A stretch of 64,000 nt of DNA, taken from positions 93,000,001 to 93,064,000 of the forward strand of contig OX597822.1 in assembly GCA_951406725.2 (NCBI GenBank). Reading direction: 5' to 3'. Position 1 is the first letter of the stretch. Each line of letters starts with the position of its first letter. Positions 1 through 64,000 of the stretch are shown piece by piece. Made by a program: the position numbers and the translations under genes. The DNA comes from Octopus vulgaris. Taxonomy: Eukaryota. The notes under the pieces are model-generated. The model ran no database searches, had not been told where the DNA came from, and saw only the letters and a program-made list of their open reading frames with translations.

Positions 1-67
1 CATAAACTCTCTGCATTTCCTGTGAAGGCATTTTACATTTACAATTCTCATTTTTTGCTTGCAACAG

Positions 68-64000
<63,933 letters not shown>

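Overview
Eukaryotic, AT-rich, microsatellite- and retroposon-dense DNA. The SINE/RTE-LINE repertoire looks like that of an octopus or other coleoid cephalopod (inference, not checked). The whole window lies inside one + strand gene. I traced 18 GT-AG exons (about 4.2 kb, about 1,400 aa; no start or stop codon in the window) encoding a long coiled-coil protein. Its later exons carry motifs I recognise from the pericentrin/AKAP9 family (DWRxELL..L..VF..ER, ADRxSLxSE, LLxYxxEQ). Nearly all other listed ORFs are microsatellite or repeat artefacts. Introns contain three tRNA-derived SINE families, RTE-LINE 3' ends, a HERO-like retrotransposon fragment, mariner/Tc1 remnants and hAT/piggyBac-type MITEs. 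Main points of interest: a frame break (TAA) in exon 17 that a downstream CAG acceptor could bypass; a well-formed, frame-preserving 21-nt microexon candidate at 55963-55983; a distant branch point before exon 7; a 633-bp spacer-less palindrome plus many other long fold-backs; and degenerate minimal hammerhead-ribozyme motifs of the Penelope type in inverted repeats. No database searches were run; family assignments come from recalled motifs.
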